From Eubacteriales bacterium (GTDB taxonomy: Bacteria > Bacillota > Clostridia > Oscillospirales > CAG-272), in assembly GCA_045127455.1 (NCBI GenBank), contig JBGVQK010000086.1, positions 488-64,487 of the forward strand: a stretch of DNA of 64,000 nt, given 5' to 3'. The notes under the pieces are model-generated. The model was not told where the DNA came from. It saw only the letters and a program-made list of their open reading frames with translations, and did no database searches. Below, piece after piece: positions 45,406 through 54,948 of the stretch. Position 1 is the stretch's first letter, and the number at the start of each line of letters is the position of its first letter. A program made the position numbers and the translations under genes.

Positions 45406-47808
45406 ATGAATCTTTCAAGAAATTGGCTTGCTGATTTCGTTGACGTTAGTGACATCAGCAATAAGGAATACAGCGATCGCCTGACCATTACCGGTTCTAA
45501 GGTTGAGGGCTTTGAGGTTCTTGGCGACGATATTGAAAACGTAGTTGTGGCAAAAGTCACCGCTATGGAAAAGCACCCCGATTCCGATCACTTGTGGATC
45601 TGCAAGCTTGATGCAGGCGACAAGGGTTCTGATATTCAAATTGTAACCGGTGCACAAAACGTATTTGTTGGCGCGCTCGTTCCCGCAGCTCTGCCCGTAG
45701 CAAAACTCCCCGGCGACGTTACCATCAAGGCAGGCAAGCTCCGTGGCGTTGAGTCCTTTGGTATGCTTTGCTCGATGGGCGAATTAAAACTCACCACACA
45801 CGAGTGCCCCGGCAAGGAAGAAAACGGCATTCTCATTCTTGATGAGGATTGCGCAGACAAGCTCGGTGCCGACATTCGTGACGTTCTTCTTTTGAATGAC
45901 ACCTGCGTAGAGTTTGAAATCACCTCGAACCGCCCCGACTGTCTTTCTGTTATCGGTCTTGCACGCGAAACGGCTGTCTCTTTTGACCGTGAACTCAAAC
46001 TCTCCACCCCCGTTGTTAAGGGATGTGGCGATGGCGATAAGATTGAAAATTATCTCAGCGTTGGCATTTCTGCCCCCGACCTCTGCTACCGCTATGCGGC
46101 AAGAGTGGTTAAAAACGTAAAGATCGCTCCCTCTCCCCTTTGGATGCGTATGCGTCTGCGCGCATCGGGCGTTCGTCCCATCAACAACATCGTTGACATC
46201 ACCAACTACGTAATGCTGGAATACGGTCAACCTATGCACGCATTCGATTATACCCAACTTGAAGGTGCAAAAATTGACGTTCGCCGTGCAGCTGACGGTG
46301 AGTGCTTCAAGTCTCTTGACGATATCGATCACACGCTCGATTCCTCGATGCTCGTGATTGCCGACAGCAAGAAGGCTTGCGCATTGGCAGGTGTTATGGG
46401 CGGTGCAAACTCCGAAATTACCGAAAATACTGCTACTGTCGTATTCGAATCCGCTTGCTTCAACGGCGCTTCTGTTCGCGTAACGGCAAAGAAGAACGGT
46501 ATGCGTACCGAATCCTCCGCGCGCTTTGAAAAGGGACTTGACCCCGAGAACTGCATGGCAGGTCTTGAGCGTGCTTGCGAGCTCGTAGAGCTCCTTGGCG
46601 CAGGTGAGGTTGTTGACGGAATCATTGACGTTTACCCCACCAAGAACGAGACCACTGTTCTTCCCTTTACCCCTGCAAGATACAACGAATTCCTTGGTAT
46701 GAACATTCCCGAGGAGCACATGGTAAATACCCTGATCGGTCTTGGCTGCGAAATCAAGGACGACAAGATCATTGTTCCCTCTTGGAGAGCAGACCTTGGT
46801 TGCATGAACGACATTGCCGAAGAGGTTTGCCGTATTTACGGCTACGACAAGATCGAGGCTTCCTATATGAACGCAGAGACCACCCTTGGCGGCCGCACCG
46901 ACAAGCAGGTTTTTGAGCTTGACACCGAAGCCGCTTTGGTTGGCATGGGTCTTTCTCAAATCCATACCTTCTCTTTCATCAGCCCGAAATTCTACGATAA
47001 GATTCGCATGGCTGAAGACAGCGTACTCCGTCGCTCGGTTGTTATCTCCAATCCTCTTGGCGAGGACACCAGCGTTATGCGCACCACCGCACTCCCCTCT
47101 ATGATGGAGACTGTGGCAAGAAACTACAACTTTAACAACGAGAACATCCGTCTGTTTGAGATTGCTTCTATCTATCTGCCTCACGAGACAACCAACGAGC
47201 TGCCCGATGAAAAGAGAGTTCTCACCATCGGTGCTTACGGCAACACAGACTTTTATGCCCTCAAGGGTGTTTGCGAGAACATTCTTGCACTCGCAGGCAT
47301 CAAGGGTGTAACCTACACCTCTTGCTCGACCAATCCCTCTTACCACCCCGGCAGATGCGCAACCATTACCACCGAGGATGGCGTTTGCCTTGGCGTTTTC
47401 GGTCAGGCTCACCCCCTGATGACTGCAAACTACGGCATGAACGTGCCCGTTTATATTGCAGAGCTTGCATTTGACGAGATCTTTGCAAATGCAAACACCA
47501 AAAAGTCTTACAAGCCTCTGCCCAAGTACCCCGCAACCACCCGCGACTTCTCCTTTGTTTGTGACGAGGATATGGAAGTTGGTGCAATTGAAGGCGTTAT
47601 GGCAAAGGCAGGCGGCAAGCTTGTTGAAAGCGTTGCTCTGTTCGATATTTACCGCGGTCCTCAAGTAGGAGAAGGCAAAAAGTCGGTATCCCTGCGCGTT
47701 ACTCTTCGCGCATCCGACCGCACGCTCACCGTTGAGGAAGCCGACAAGGTATCCAAAAAGATTTTGAACGATTTGAAATTCAAAATGGGCTTGGAGCTCA
47801 GAAACTAA
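45406..47808 (+). CDS. pheT: phenylalanine--tRNA ligase beta subunit
   Basis: 800 aa. N-terminal tRNA-binding domain (HPDSDHLWICKLD), B3/4, B5 and FDX-ACB domains. 13 nt after pheS. Confidence 0.95.
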   Translation: MNLSRNWLADFVDVSDISNKEYSDRLTITGSKVEGFEVLGDDIENVVVAKVTAMEKHPDSDHLWICKLDAGDKGSDIQIVTGAQNVFVGALVPAALPVAKLPGDVTIKAGKLRGVESFGMLCSMGELKLTTHECPGKEENGILILDEDCADKLGADIRDVLLLNDTCVEFEITSNRPDCLSVIGLARETAVSFDRELKLSTPVVKGCGDGDKIENYLSVGISAPDLCYRYAARVVKNVKIAPSPLWMRMRLRASGVRPINNIVDITNYVMLEYGQPMHAFDYTQLEGAKIDVRRAADGECFKSLDDIDHTLDSSMLVIADSKKACALAGVMGGANSEITENTATVVFESACFNGASVRVTAKKNGMRTESSARFEKGLDPENCMAGLERACELVELLGAGEVVDGIIDVYPTKNETTVLPFTPARYNEFLGMNIPEEHMVNTLIGLGCEIKDDKIIVPSWRADLGCMNDIAEEVCRIYGYDKIEASYMNAETTLGGRTDKQVFELDTEAALVGMGLSQIHTFSFISPKFYDKIRMAEDSVLRRSVVISNPLGEDTSVMRTTALPSMMETVARNYNFNNENIRLFEIASIYLPHETTNELPDEKRVLTIGAYGNTDFYALKGVCENILALAGIKGVTYTSCSTNPSYHPGRCATITTEDGVCLGVFGQAHPLMTANYGMNVPVYIAELAFDEIFANANTKKSYKPLPKYPATTRDFSFVCDEDMEVGAIEGVMAKAGGKLVESVALFDIYRGPQVGEGKKSVSLRVTLRASDRTLTVEEADKVSKKILNDLKFKMGLELRN

Positions 47809-47819
47809 AAAAGCAAAAC

Positions 47820-47854
47820 GGGAAGCGAACAAAAGTTCGCTTCCCTGCTTTTTT
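47820..47854 (+). terminator. terminator after pheT
   Basis: gggaagcgaac-aaaa-gttcgcttccc followed by tgctttttt. Confidence 0.8.
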
Positions 47855-47925
47855 CAGTTGTTCATCACACAACATTCTCCCGCACTTAATAATTGCGTGG
47901 TACAATAGTGCACGGAGGGATGAAA

Positions 47926-48648
47926 ATGAAGCTAAAAAACAGAAAACCCATTGTTACCGATGCACAAGAATTAGCATCCATTGTTCAGGCGCAAAGCCTT
48001 GAGCAAATTCGTCAAAAGTCACACGGATTTATTACGCTGATGTCCTACTATAAGTGTGCAATGATGGAGGTAGAAACAAAGCTCAACGTGCTAAACGAGG
48101 AGTTTTCACTGCGCTTTGACCGCAACCCCATCAGCAGTATACAATCGCGTTTGAAATCCCCTGTGAGCATTGAAGAAAAGCTCGCTTCAAAAAATCTCCC
48201 AATGACCCTGCAAACAATAGAAAAAAACCTCAACGATATTGCAGGTGTGCGCGTAATTTGTTCCTTTTTGGATGACATTTACCTTTTGGCAGATTGCCTC
48301 TTGGGTCAGGATGACATCACGCTGATCGAGCAAAAGGATTATATTGCAAATCCCAAGCCAAACGGCTACCGCAGCTTGCACTTGATTGTGGAAATTCCTA
48401 TTTTTTTGCAGGCAGGCAAGCGCAATATGCGTGTGGAAATTCAGTTGCGTACCATTGCAATGGACTGCTGGGCAAGCCTTGAGCATCAGCTGCGCTACAA
48501 AAAGGACGTGGCAGACACCAAGCTGCTTTCTGCAGAGCTGCAACGCTGCGCTACCCTGAGTGCCGAGTTGGATGCGAGAATGGACCGTTTGCGCCACCAG
48601 TTGATAGACAACTCGGATTTTGAGAGAAGGAGTGAGATTGGACTTTGA
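47926..48648 (+). CDS. small alarmone synthetase (RelP/RelQ-type GTP pyrophosphokinase)
   Basis: IAGVRVICSF, YRSLHLIV, EIQLRTIAMDCWASLEH (RelA/SpoT synthetase domain). Start ambiguous between 47920 and 47926 after GGAGGG. Confidence 0.85.
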   Translation: MKLKNRKPIVTDAQELASIVQAQSLEQIRQKSHGFITLMSYYKCAMMEVETKLNVLNEEFSLRFDRNPISSIQSRLKSPVSIEEKLASKNLPMTLQTIEKNLNDIAGVRVICSFLDDIYLLADCLLGQDDITLIEQKDYIANPKPNGYRSLHLIVEIPIFLQAGKRNMRVEIQLRTIAMDCWASLEHQLRYKKDVADTKLLSAELQRCATLSAELDARMDRLRHQLIDNSDFERRSEIGL

Positions 48649-49061
48649 AAAATTGGTTTGAAAAATTCAAATATAAAATGGCATCCTTTATGTACGGTCG
48701 CTACGGAAATGATGCGCTGACAAACTTTTTGCTGATTTTGGGATTGATCTTGATGATCATTTCTTGGATTCCGCGCCTTGGTTGGATGTACTTTTTGTCG
48801 GCGGCGGTGCTTATTTGGTCGCTCTCCCGCTCCTTTTCGCGCAAATTTGATAAGCGCAGACGTGAGCTTGACCGCTATTTGAAGATCAAAAAGCCGATCG
48901 TTAATTTCTTTAAGCTTCGTCGCAACAAGTGGCGCGACCGCAAAACGCACGTTTATTTTAAGTGCAAAAAGTGCAACGCCGTCCTGCGCGTTCCAAAAGG
49001 AAAAGGCTCGATCGTTGTGATCTGCACCCGCTGCAAAGACAGAATTGAAAAAGAAACGTGA
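48645..49061 (+). CDS. membrane protein with a C-terminal zinc ribbon, unknown function
   Basis: TTG start after AAGGAGTGA, with a 4-nt overlap with the upstream gene. Two TM segments. CKKC...CTRC. Confidence 0.55.
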   Translation: MKNWFEKFKYKMASFMYGRYGNDALTNFLLILGLILMIISWIPRLGWMYFLSAAVLIWSLSRSFSRKFDKRRRELDRYLKIKKPIVNFFKLRRNKWRDRKTHVYFKCKKCNAVLRVPKGKGSIVVICTRCKDRIEKET

Positions 49062-49067
49062 TATTAC

Positions 49068-49101
49068 GGGGACTTTTTGTAGAAAGTCCCCCTTCTTTTT
49101 T
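49068..49101 (+). terminator. intrinsic terminator
   Basis: ggggacttt-ttgtag-aaagtcccc followed by cttcttttttt. Confidence 0.8.
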
Positions 49102-49110
49102 TCCTTTTTA

Positions 49111-49139
49111 TTGACATTATTAACAATGTATTGTATAAT
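49111..49139 (+). promoter_or_regulatory. sigma-A promoter of the BNR lipoprotein gene
   Basis: TTGACA (49111-49116), 17 nt, TATAAT (49134-49139). Confidence 0.65.
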
Positions 49140-49171
49140 AAATTCACCCACCTCAAAAAGGAGAAATTATT

Positions 49172-51076
49172 ATGAAAAACGCACTTTACCGACAGCTTTG
49201 TGTTTTTTTAATTCTGCTTGGTCTTGCTATTTGTTTGACAGCTTGTAACAACAAAAACAGTAATGAGGAGGAAACCACCATGCCAAACGAAAACGAACAA
49301 ACTACCCCGATGAACACAACCGAGGCAACCACCCCCGAACAAACGACCCCTGAAGAAGTCACTCCCGAAATTCCCCCGGAGCATGAACACGTTATGGGTG
49401 ATGAATATGCTTGCACCGTTTGCGGCTTGAGCTTTTTGACCCCCGTTGAAGAAGCAATTGAGATTGGTATGTCCTTTGAAAAAGGCAAATACGGCGATGA
49501 ATATTATTACGTTAAGCTCACCCTTGATAAGCAGGCCAACTCCGACGGCTTTGCAAGAGCAACGATTGCGGAAGGTATTTACGTCAGCATTGCAGGTGGA
49601 TATTTGAAGGATGAGGATCTTGGCGCCATTCAAGTTGGTGACACCGTTGTTTTTAAGGCAAAGATCGGTGCTGTCAACTCTTCCCTCACAACCGGCGGCA
49701 AGGAAATGCGACTGTTTGAGATTGCAGCTTATGAGATTGTGAAGTTTGCCAATCCCCCAAAATATGAGGTTTTGGTAGAAAAAGAATTGCTCGTTCCCGC
49801 TAACGGCACAAACGTTGCCGAAAAACGCTTGCAATATTATTTGGATGCGGAAGGCACCGTGCGCAAAGAAATCAAGGAATTTCAATCACAGGACGACACT
49901 GCAGACTATCGCAAATATCGCTTTAGCTATGACAACGGCAAAACTTGGACGGAATGGATCCGTGAGCCATTGCCTGCACGCGAAAAGGTTGGCAATGACG
50001 AGATCGACGAAAATCTCGGTTATCAAAACGCACAACACGTATACAATCCCATTGTCGGTCACTTTGTGAGCCTGCAATGTCAGTTCATTTACATTGACGG
50101 TTACGCCGCAACCGAGGCACACTATTGGGCAGGCTATACCCGCCCCATGCACAGCTTTTTGATGATTGAAGATGCCGACGGCACGGCTCACGAGCGCGTA
50201 CTGGTGAAATATGAGGAAGGTGCCGATTACAGCCGTGGAAATTATCGCTCAACCAACTATTTAACAACCAATATTTCCCGTGGCTCTGCCCTGATCGTTC
50301 TTTCAAACGGCGATATTTTGTTCAATCTTTGCATTCCCGTAAACACAGCTTGCAAGCTTGCAGGCTTGAATTTGCAAGATGTATTCCCCACCACGGGTGG
50401 ACTTGGACACGCTTGGGCGCTTTTGGTGGCTCGCGGTGTTTGGAATGCCAATACCCAACAATATGACATTACCTATTCCGAACCTATCATTATGGATGAT
50501 ACGCTCTCGACACGCGGACTTTCGGAGCCAATGTTTGCGGAACTGCCCGACGGAAGAATCTTTTGCATCTTCCGTACCTCTACCGATAAAGTTTCGGGTT
50601 GGACGTGCCGCCTTGATGCCAATGCTCCTGCTTGCAAATATTACGTTATTTCCGAAGACGGCGGCAAGACCTTCTCCGAGCCCAAGCCTTGGTGCTATGA
50701 GAACGGTGAAATCGTTTATTCCCCCGCATCTATTTGCCAAGTGGTAAAAAGCGAGGTTAATGACAAGCTTTATTGGATCGGCAATGCTTGCACAAAGGGA
50801 GAAATCAACGGCGCATACCCCCGCTTCCCTCTCCTTATCATTGAAATCGATCAAGAAACAGGCTTGGCAATTCGCAACAGCATGGTACTGATTGACACGC
50901 GCCGCACAGGCGAGAGTGAAAAGGTGCAGCTTTCCAACTTCTGCATTTTGGAAGACCGCGAGGCAGGCACCTTGGAAATCTATCTCTCAAAGTTGGGACA
51001 ATTCTCCGGCAAACCCACCTACGAGTGCGAAACCTGGAAATACACCGTGTATCTTAACAACGACGAAGAAAAATAA
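49172..51076 (+). CDS. BNR/Asp-box repeat lipoprotein (sialidase-like beta-propeller suspected)
   Basis: Lipobox ICLTAC, a Thr/Pro/Glu-rich linker, and Asp-boxes SYDNGKTW and SEDGGKTF. Confidence 0.65.
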   Translation: MKNALYRQLCVFLILLGLAICLTACNNKNSNEEETTMPNENEQTTPMNTTEATTPEQTTPEEVTPEIPPEHEHVMGDEYACTVCGLSFLTPVEEAIEIGMSFEKGKYGDEYYYVKLTLDKQANSDGFARATIAEGIYVSIAGGYLKDEDLGAIQVGDTVVFKAKIGAVNSSLTTGGKEMRLFEIAAYEIVKFANPPKYEVLVEKELLVPANGTNVAEKRLQYYLDAEGTVRKEIKEFQSQDDTADYRKYRFSYDNGKTWTEWIREPLPAREKVGNDEIDENLGYQNAQHVYNPIVGHFVSLQCQFIYIDGYAATEAHYWAGYTRPMHSFLMIEDADGTAHERVLVKYEEGADYSRGNYRSTNYLTTNISRGSALIVLSNGDILFNLCIPVNTACKLAGLNLQDVFPTTGGLGHAWALLVARGVWNANTQQYDITYSEPIIMDDTLSTRGLSEPMFAELPDGRIFCIFRTSTDKVSGWTCRLDANAPACKYYVISEDGGKTFSEPKPWCYENGEIVYSPASICQVVKSEVNDKLYWIGNACTKGEINGAYPRFPLLIIEIDQETGLAIRNSMVLIDTRRTGESEKVQLSNFCILEDREAGTLEIYLSKLGQFSGKPTYECETWKYTVYLNNDEEK

Positions 51077-51137
51077 AATAAGATAGGGATAGCAGTTTTG
51101 CACAAGTCCGTTAAAAACGGACAATTGAAAAAAAGGG

Positions 51138-51174
51138 CCTCCTATGGTAGAATATAAACATCTACCATAGGAGG
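51138..51174 (+). promoter_or_regulatory. 14-bp hairpin sequestering the orfA ribosome-binding site
   Basis: cctcctatggtaga / tctaccataggagg. The right arm contains the GGAGG located 8 nt before ATG 51183. Confidence 0.6.
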
Positions 51175-51182
51175 AATTTTTT

Positions 51183-51518
51183 ATGTCACGAGAATATAGG
51201 CACATACAAGAATATGAAAAAGAGATATTGGAGTTGAGAGAAAAAGGACATTGTCATCAAGAAATAGGAGACAAATTAGGGTTTACCAAGAAACAAGTAA
51301 CAAAGTTTTTTGAGAGATACCATAAAAAGCAACGCAGAATAGCCGCAGGAATAACCCTCAAGAAGAAAGGCAGACCTGCAAGGAATAGTATCGTCACCGA
51401 GGAAGATAAGCTTGCAGATCTGCGGTACAAGCTTGCCCGTAAAGATGCACGGATAAAGCAATTAGAAATGGAAAATGAACTGATGCGGGATTTTCTCTCG
51501 CTCACGGAAAGGAAGTGA
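51183..51518 (+). CDS. IS3-family transposase OrfA (HTH)
   Basis: 111 aa with an HTH (ILELREKGHCHQEIGDKLGFTKKQV) and a leucine-zipper-like C-terminus. Confidence 0.85.
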   Translation: MSREYRHIQEYEKEILELREKGHCHQEIGDKLGFTKKQVTKFFERYHKKQRRIAAGITLKKKGRPARNSIVTEEDKLADLRYKLARKDARIKQLEMENELMRDFLSLTERK

Positions 51519-52369
51519 GAACAAGTGTAAAATACATGGTAATCTATCGTCACAAGGATAAATATGGGATAAGCGAAATGTGCCGGTTCTTTGAGGTATC
51601 AAGAAGTGGCTACTATGACTATGTTAAAAGGATGGATATTCCTGCGTGGGATCTTCCTCTTGCCGAGAAGATCCGAGAGTGTCAGGAACACAGCCATAGC
51701 ACTTACGGCTATCGTAGGGTTCAGATATGGCTTGAAAGACAAGGGATTCATAAAAACCCCAAGACTGTACTACGTGTAATGCAGAAATACAACCTTCTTT
51801 CTGTTGTAAGGAGAAAGAAATACCGTAACTATGGCGAGTATTTACATAGATATCCAAACCTGCTTAACAGAGACTTTCACGCAGATCGTCCCAATCAAAA
51901 GTGGGTAACGGATATTTCGTATATCAAAACAGGGCAAGGTATACTGTATCTTTCTGTTATTCGTGACCTCTACGACAACAGCATCGTCGCCTACAAAACT
52001 GGTACTGAACAGAATATTAACCTCGTTCTCTCTACCATCAGAGCAGCCAAAAGAAAGGAAAAGGTCACCGCAGAGCTGCAACTCCACAGTGACCAAGGCT
52101 TTCAATACACATCGCAAGCATATTTTAAGCTAACACAATCATATCACATAACTCCGTCAATGTCAAGACGTGGAAACCCATATGATAACGCTTTAGCTGA
52201 AAATTTTTTCTCAATCCTCAAAACCGAGTGCATTTACCGCGCAAAAATCCGCACCTATGCGGCGGCGCGCCTCCTCATAGGTGCATACATCCACTTTTAC
52301 AACAACGAACGTATTCAACTCAAAACAAAACTGACACCACTCGAAAAGCGATGTCAGTTCGTTGCTTAA
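51515..52369 (+). CDS. IS3-family transposase OrfB (DDE integrase core)
   Basis: NQKWVTDISY, HSDQGFQYTS, GNPYDNALAENFFSILKTE. The -1 frame relative to orfA is open from 51479. Confidence 0.88.
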   Translation: MRTSVKYMVIYRHKDKYGISEMCRFFEVSRSGYYDYVKRMDIPAWDLPLAEKIRECQEHSHSTYGYRRVQIWLERQGIHKNPKTVLRVMQKYNLLSVVRRKKYRNYGEYLHRYPNLLNRDFHADRPNQKWVTDISYIKTGQGILYLSVIRDLYDNSIVAYKTGTEQNINLVLSTIRAAKRKEKVTAELQLHSDQGFQYTSQAYFKLTQSYHITPSMSRRGNPYDNALAENFFSILKTECIYRAKIRTYAAARLLIGAYIHFYNNERIQLKTKLTPLEKRCQFVA

Positions 52370-52454
52370 ATTTTAATATTTTCTACCTAAGGTCCCCTTT
52401 TTGTGCTGTCCGCACAATTTGGTTCAGTTCATTTTATCTGCTATCCCTTTGCTT

Positions 52455-52991
52455 TTAGTATTTTGTATTGTTCTTTATGCCTTTGATATGCGCAAAGGTT
52501 TCTTTTTCGCCTTTTTGGGAGAGAAGCGTGAGCCATTCTTCGAGCAGGTCGGCGGTGGCGGGATGCATCTTTTTGCGCGCGTTGCCACGCTGAAAATAGG
52601 CTAATGGGTGGGCATCGGTATAGTTTTTGCCCTGGTAGATCTTGCTTGCCGCTACGCGGTCGCAGAACATTTCCTTAGCGTAGCGCATTGGCATTTTGAC
52701 GGGCTCATACATCTTTGTTTCGGGGTTGATGTCGTTCCAATACTCAAAGTGGTGGCGGTTTCTTCCCTTGTGGTGCATCCACGCATAGGAGCAGCCATAG
52801 AGCTCGCGTTCGCGCTCGTTGGGGCTTCTTGTGCCTTGGTAATAGCGCGCGCCGGGGATAAATTCGGTGGGAGAATACTTGGAGAGGTCGTGAAAAAGCC
52901 CTTGCCAGCCAATGCCTGCGCGGAAGCAGTGTGCGATGACGCGATGGCGGTGGCGTGTAATGGTTACAAAATGCAAAAACGGATGGGACAT
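52455..52991 (-). CDS. conserved hypothetical His-rich protein (possibly DUF5662-type)
   Basis: ATG 52991 follows AAAGGAGAGCCGAA. Contains FHDLSKY and WMHHKGRNRHHFEYW. The family name is from memory only. Confidence 0.55.
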   Translation of the reverse strand: MSHPFLHFVTITRHRHRVIAHCFRAGIGWQGLFHDLSKYSPTEFIPGARYYQGTRSPNERERELYGCSYAWMHHKGRNRHHFEYWNDINPETKMYEPVKMPMRYAKEMFCDRVAASKIYQGKNYTDAHPLAYFQRGNARKKMHPATADLLEEWLTLLSQKGEKETFAHIKGIKNNTKY

Positions 52992-53021
52992 TTCGGCTCT
53001 CCTTTCTCTCTTGTTTTTTAT

Positions 53022-53050
53022 ATCATAGCACATTTTAAGGGGAAAGTCAA
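53022..53050 (-). promoter_or_regulatory. sigma-A promoter of the 52991 gene
   Basis: The minus strand reads TTGACT (53045-53050), 17 nt, TATGAT (53022-53027). Confidence 0.55.
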
Positions 53051-53100
53051 GATAAAATGAAAAAGCACGCTCTTTTTATTGCGAGCACGAAACATTTTCT

Positions 53101-53345
53101 TGCGCGGGCTCCTTCCGTCAGCCTACGGCTGCCACCTCCCTCCCGGAGGGAGGCTATCTTTTCATTCTCCTTTGTTGTTGTAGCATAACCTCTTTTTTGT
53201 TGGAAAGTCAAGATATTTTTCGCTTTGCAAAAGCGGGCGATTCGTGAATCGCCCCTACGGAGTATATCCAACACATTGTAGGGGCGACCATTGGTCGCCC
53301 GCCTTTGAAAACGGCAACCGTTTATTTTCAGGGCGTCAAGGACGT
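53101..53345 (+). repeat. composite GC-rich hairpin repeat region (copy B of the dispersed family plus three further hairpins)
   Basis: gcgggctccttcc...cctccctc-ccg-gagggagg (53135-53153). Further hairpins gggcgattc-gtg-aatcgccc, ggggcgacca-ttggtcgccc and gggcgtc-aag-gacgtccc. Confidence 0.65.
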
Positions 53346-53374
53346 CCCGAAAGTAAAACAATTTGTAAATAAAA

Positions 53375-53405
53375 CACCGAGAGCAATTGTTTGGTGCTCT
53401 CGGCG
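53375..53405. terminator. bidirectional terminator ending the eight-gene operon
   Basis: caccgagagca / tgctctcggcg stem with T-runs on both strands, 26 nt beyond the stop at 53431. Confidence 0.75.
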
Positions 53406-53430
53406 TTTTGTTTTTGTTATTTTATAATTT

Positions 53431-53631
53431 TTAGGCGAAAAAGTCGTCCACCTTGCAGCCGATGGTCTGGGCGAGGAGTGGCAAAACGGCAATATCGGGA
53501 TAGCTTTCTTCCCTTTCCCACTTGGAAATGGATTGCGAGGTTACGCCAATCAGGTCGGCAATTTGTTGTTGTGTGACTTTATTCTCGTTGCGATACGTTT
53601 TAAGCTTTTCTGAAATAATAATTTTCTTCAT
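53431..53631 (-). CDS. small XRE-family HTH protein (66 aa)
   Basis: VTQQQIADLIGVTSQSISKWEREESYPDIAVLPLLAQ. ATG 53631 is 1 nt after the upstream stop (TTG 53646 is the alternative). Confidence 0.75.
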   Translation of the reverse strand: MKKIIISEKLKTYRNENKVTQQQIADLIGVTSQSISKWEREESYPDIAVLPLLAQTIGCKVDDFFA

Positions 53632-53632
53632 T

Positions 53633-54109
53633 TTAATTTTGTCCAAGTCTTATTCTTTCACTTGCCCACGCCTTACGGACTGCCGTGTGATGCCACAGGT
53701 TGATAAGAGGAAACGCGAGAATTCCAACGGGAAATACCCATTTAGCGTATGCAACAATAAAGATTAACGGTACATAAAGAATGGTGAAAATGATGCACTC
53801 AGTGCGGAACTGCTTTGATTTTGCGAGTGCTTTGAAATCGGCTTTGCGGTCGTACTTCTCTGCTCCGAGGGTGTTCAAAAATTCTCTGCGTGCTTCGGCA
53901 TCTCTTGCGTGAGGAATGCAGATTGCAAGCACGTTGAACGCCATTGTACCAAGGCGCACAAACACATTGGTTACATAGTCACCGGCAATGGGATTGCCCA
54001 TAATGGCGTTGAAGATGGTTGCAAAAATGGTAACTGCCAGCACGCGTAACAGTATAGAGCCGCCAAACATAATGGCTAAATTGATAAAAAACAGTTTTGC
54101 AGGTTTCAT
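53633..54109 (-). CDS. polytopic membrane protein, unknown function (158 aa)
   Basis: Four hydrophobic segments. The ATG directly abuts the stop of the upstream paralogue (TAAATG). Confidence 0.65.
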   Translation of the reverse strand: MKPAKLFFINLAIMFGGSILLRVLAVTIFATIFNAIMGNPIAGDYVTNVFVRLGTMAFNVLAICIPHARDAEARREFLNTLGAEKYDRKADFKALAKSKQFRTECIIFTILYVPLIFIVAYAKWVFPVGILAFPLINLWHHTAVRKAWASERIRLGQN

Positions 54110-54901
54110 TTAATAATCCTCCTTATGTCCAAGTGATTCGAAGTGAGCGTGCAGCTCGTGTTTGAGACGTTTTGTTAAAACCTTCCATCTACATACAATA
54201 ACATTTCCACTGATACATTCGCCTGTGATGCTGTGCATTATCTGTCCTTTCATAAAATATGCATCGGCATAAGAGTGATCGAGCACCAAGCAATGATATT
54301 CTGTATTTCGGGATGGAAATTCGGGAATGGAATATGCGCTGAAATGCTTGTAGTCAATTTTGCGAGGCCCGCGACGCAAACCAAAGCCTTCTAAATCTCC
54401 GGGGAGCGCCATGTGCATGCGGTATTCACGGTCATTTAGCAACAAAAACATTTTAAACACCGGGAGTGGTACATCTACAAAATGAAGGAGCAACTTTTTT
54501 CCTTCCATTTGAATTTCGATGTCAGCACACTCATCCACGCCTTTTAAAGATGCAAACAGTGAGCGACCAAAACGGCAAGTATAGCCTTTTTTGCGGCAAG
54601 TACACCATATCGCTAAATATTTTAACGGTCTACCAATGAAAAACAGAAGTATCGGTATGACACCGTCAACGATAACCCACACAAGGAACAAAAAAACAAA
54701 GCAACCAAGTAAAATGATACATCCCCATTTTAAGCCGCGATCTAAAACGTCATTCGTAATTTTGGGGAGAACCTTATCAAAAAACACATCAAATCGAAAT
54801 TGAGAAATGAAGATAGCTATCAGTATGCCAACAAACAACAATATGGGGATGCCAATGAGGAGCTTCCCTTTTGTTTTATTTGAAAGTTTTTTTCTTTTCA
54901 C
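54110..54901 (-). CDS. membrane-anchored protein, paralogue 3 of an unrecognised family (263 aa)
   Basis: GTG start. MKRKKLSNKTKGK, two TM segments, then a conserved soluble domain (CRF.R..FASL.GV, FLL.ND.EY.MH, GEC.SGN..VC) shared with 54949..55737 and 56987..57766. Confidence 0.7.
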   Translation of the reverse strand: MKRKKLSNKTKGKLLIGIPILLFVGILIAIFISQFRFDVFFDKVLPKITNDVLDRGLKWGCIILLGCFVFLFLVWVIVDGVIPILLFFIGRPLKYLAIWCTCRKKGYTCRFGRSLFASLKGVDECADIEIQMEGKKLLLHFVDVPLPVFKMFLLLNDREYRMHMALPGDLEGFGLRRGPRKIDYKHFSAYSIPEFPSRNTEYHCLVLDHSYADAYFMKGQIMHSITGECISGNVIVCRWKVLTKRLKHELHAHFESLGHKEDY

Positions 54902-54948
54902 TTGGAACCATCCTTTCTTTCAAGAATGTGTAAAATTCCTATTTCAGT

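Larger units (their letters stand above)
51099..52416 (+). mobile_element. IS3-family insertion sequence (orfA/orfB in 0/-1 frames); outer ends uncertain
   Basis: Imperfect inverted repeats cggacaattgaaaaaaagggcctcctatggtagaa (51118-51152) versus ttctacctaaggtcccctttttgtgctgtccg (52381-52412). Two overlapping transposase ORFs. AT-richer than the flanks. Confidence 0.8.

Noticed and set aside
45784-47832. 682-aa minus-strand ORF
   Set aside because: It is the mirror ORF of pheT.
51479-51518. Canonical A-AAA-AAG frameshift site in the IS3 element
   Set aside because: It is not present in the only window where the -1 frame is open. Only a weak T4 run is available, so the frameshift mechanism is left open.
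53047-53361. 104-aa ORF (and 59900..60148, 2241..2462) across the GC-rich repeats
   Set aside because: These are translations of intergenic hairpin repeats (..SLREGGGS.., ..SLPPGGRG..). They have no RBS and overlap promoters and terminators.
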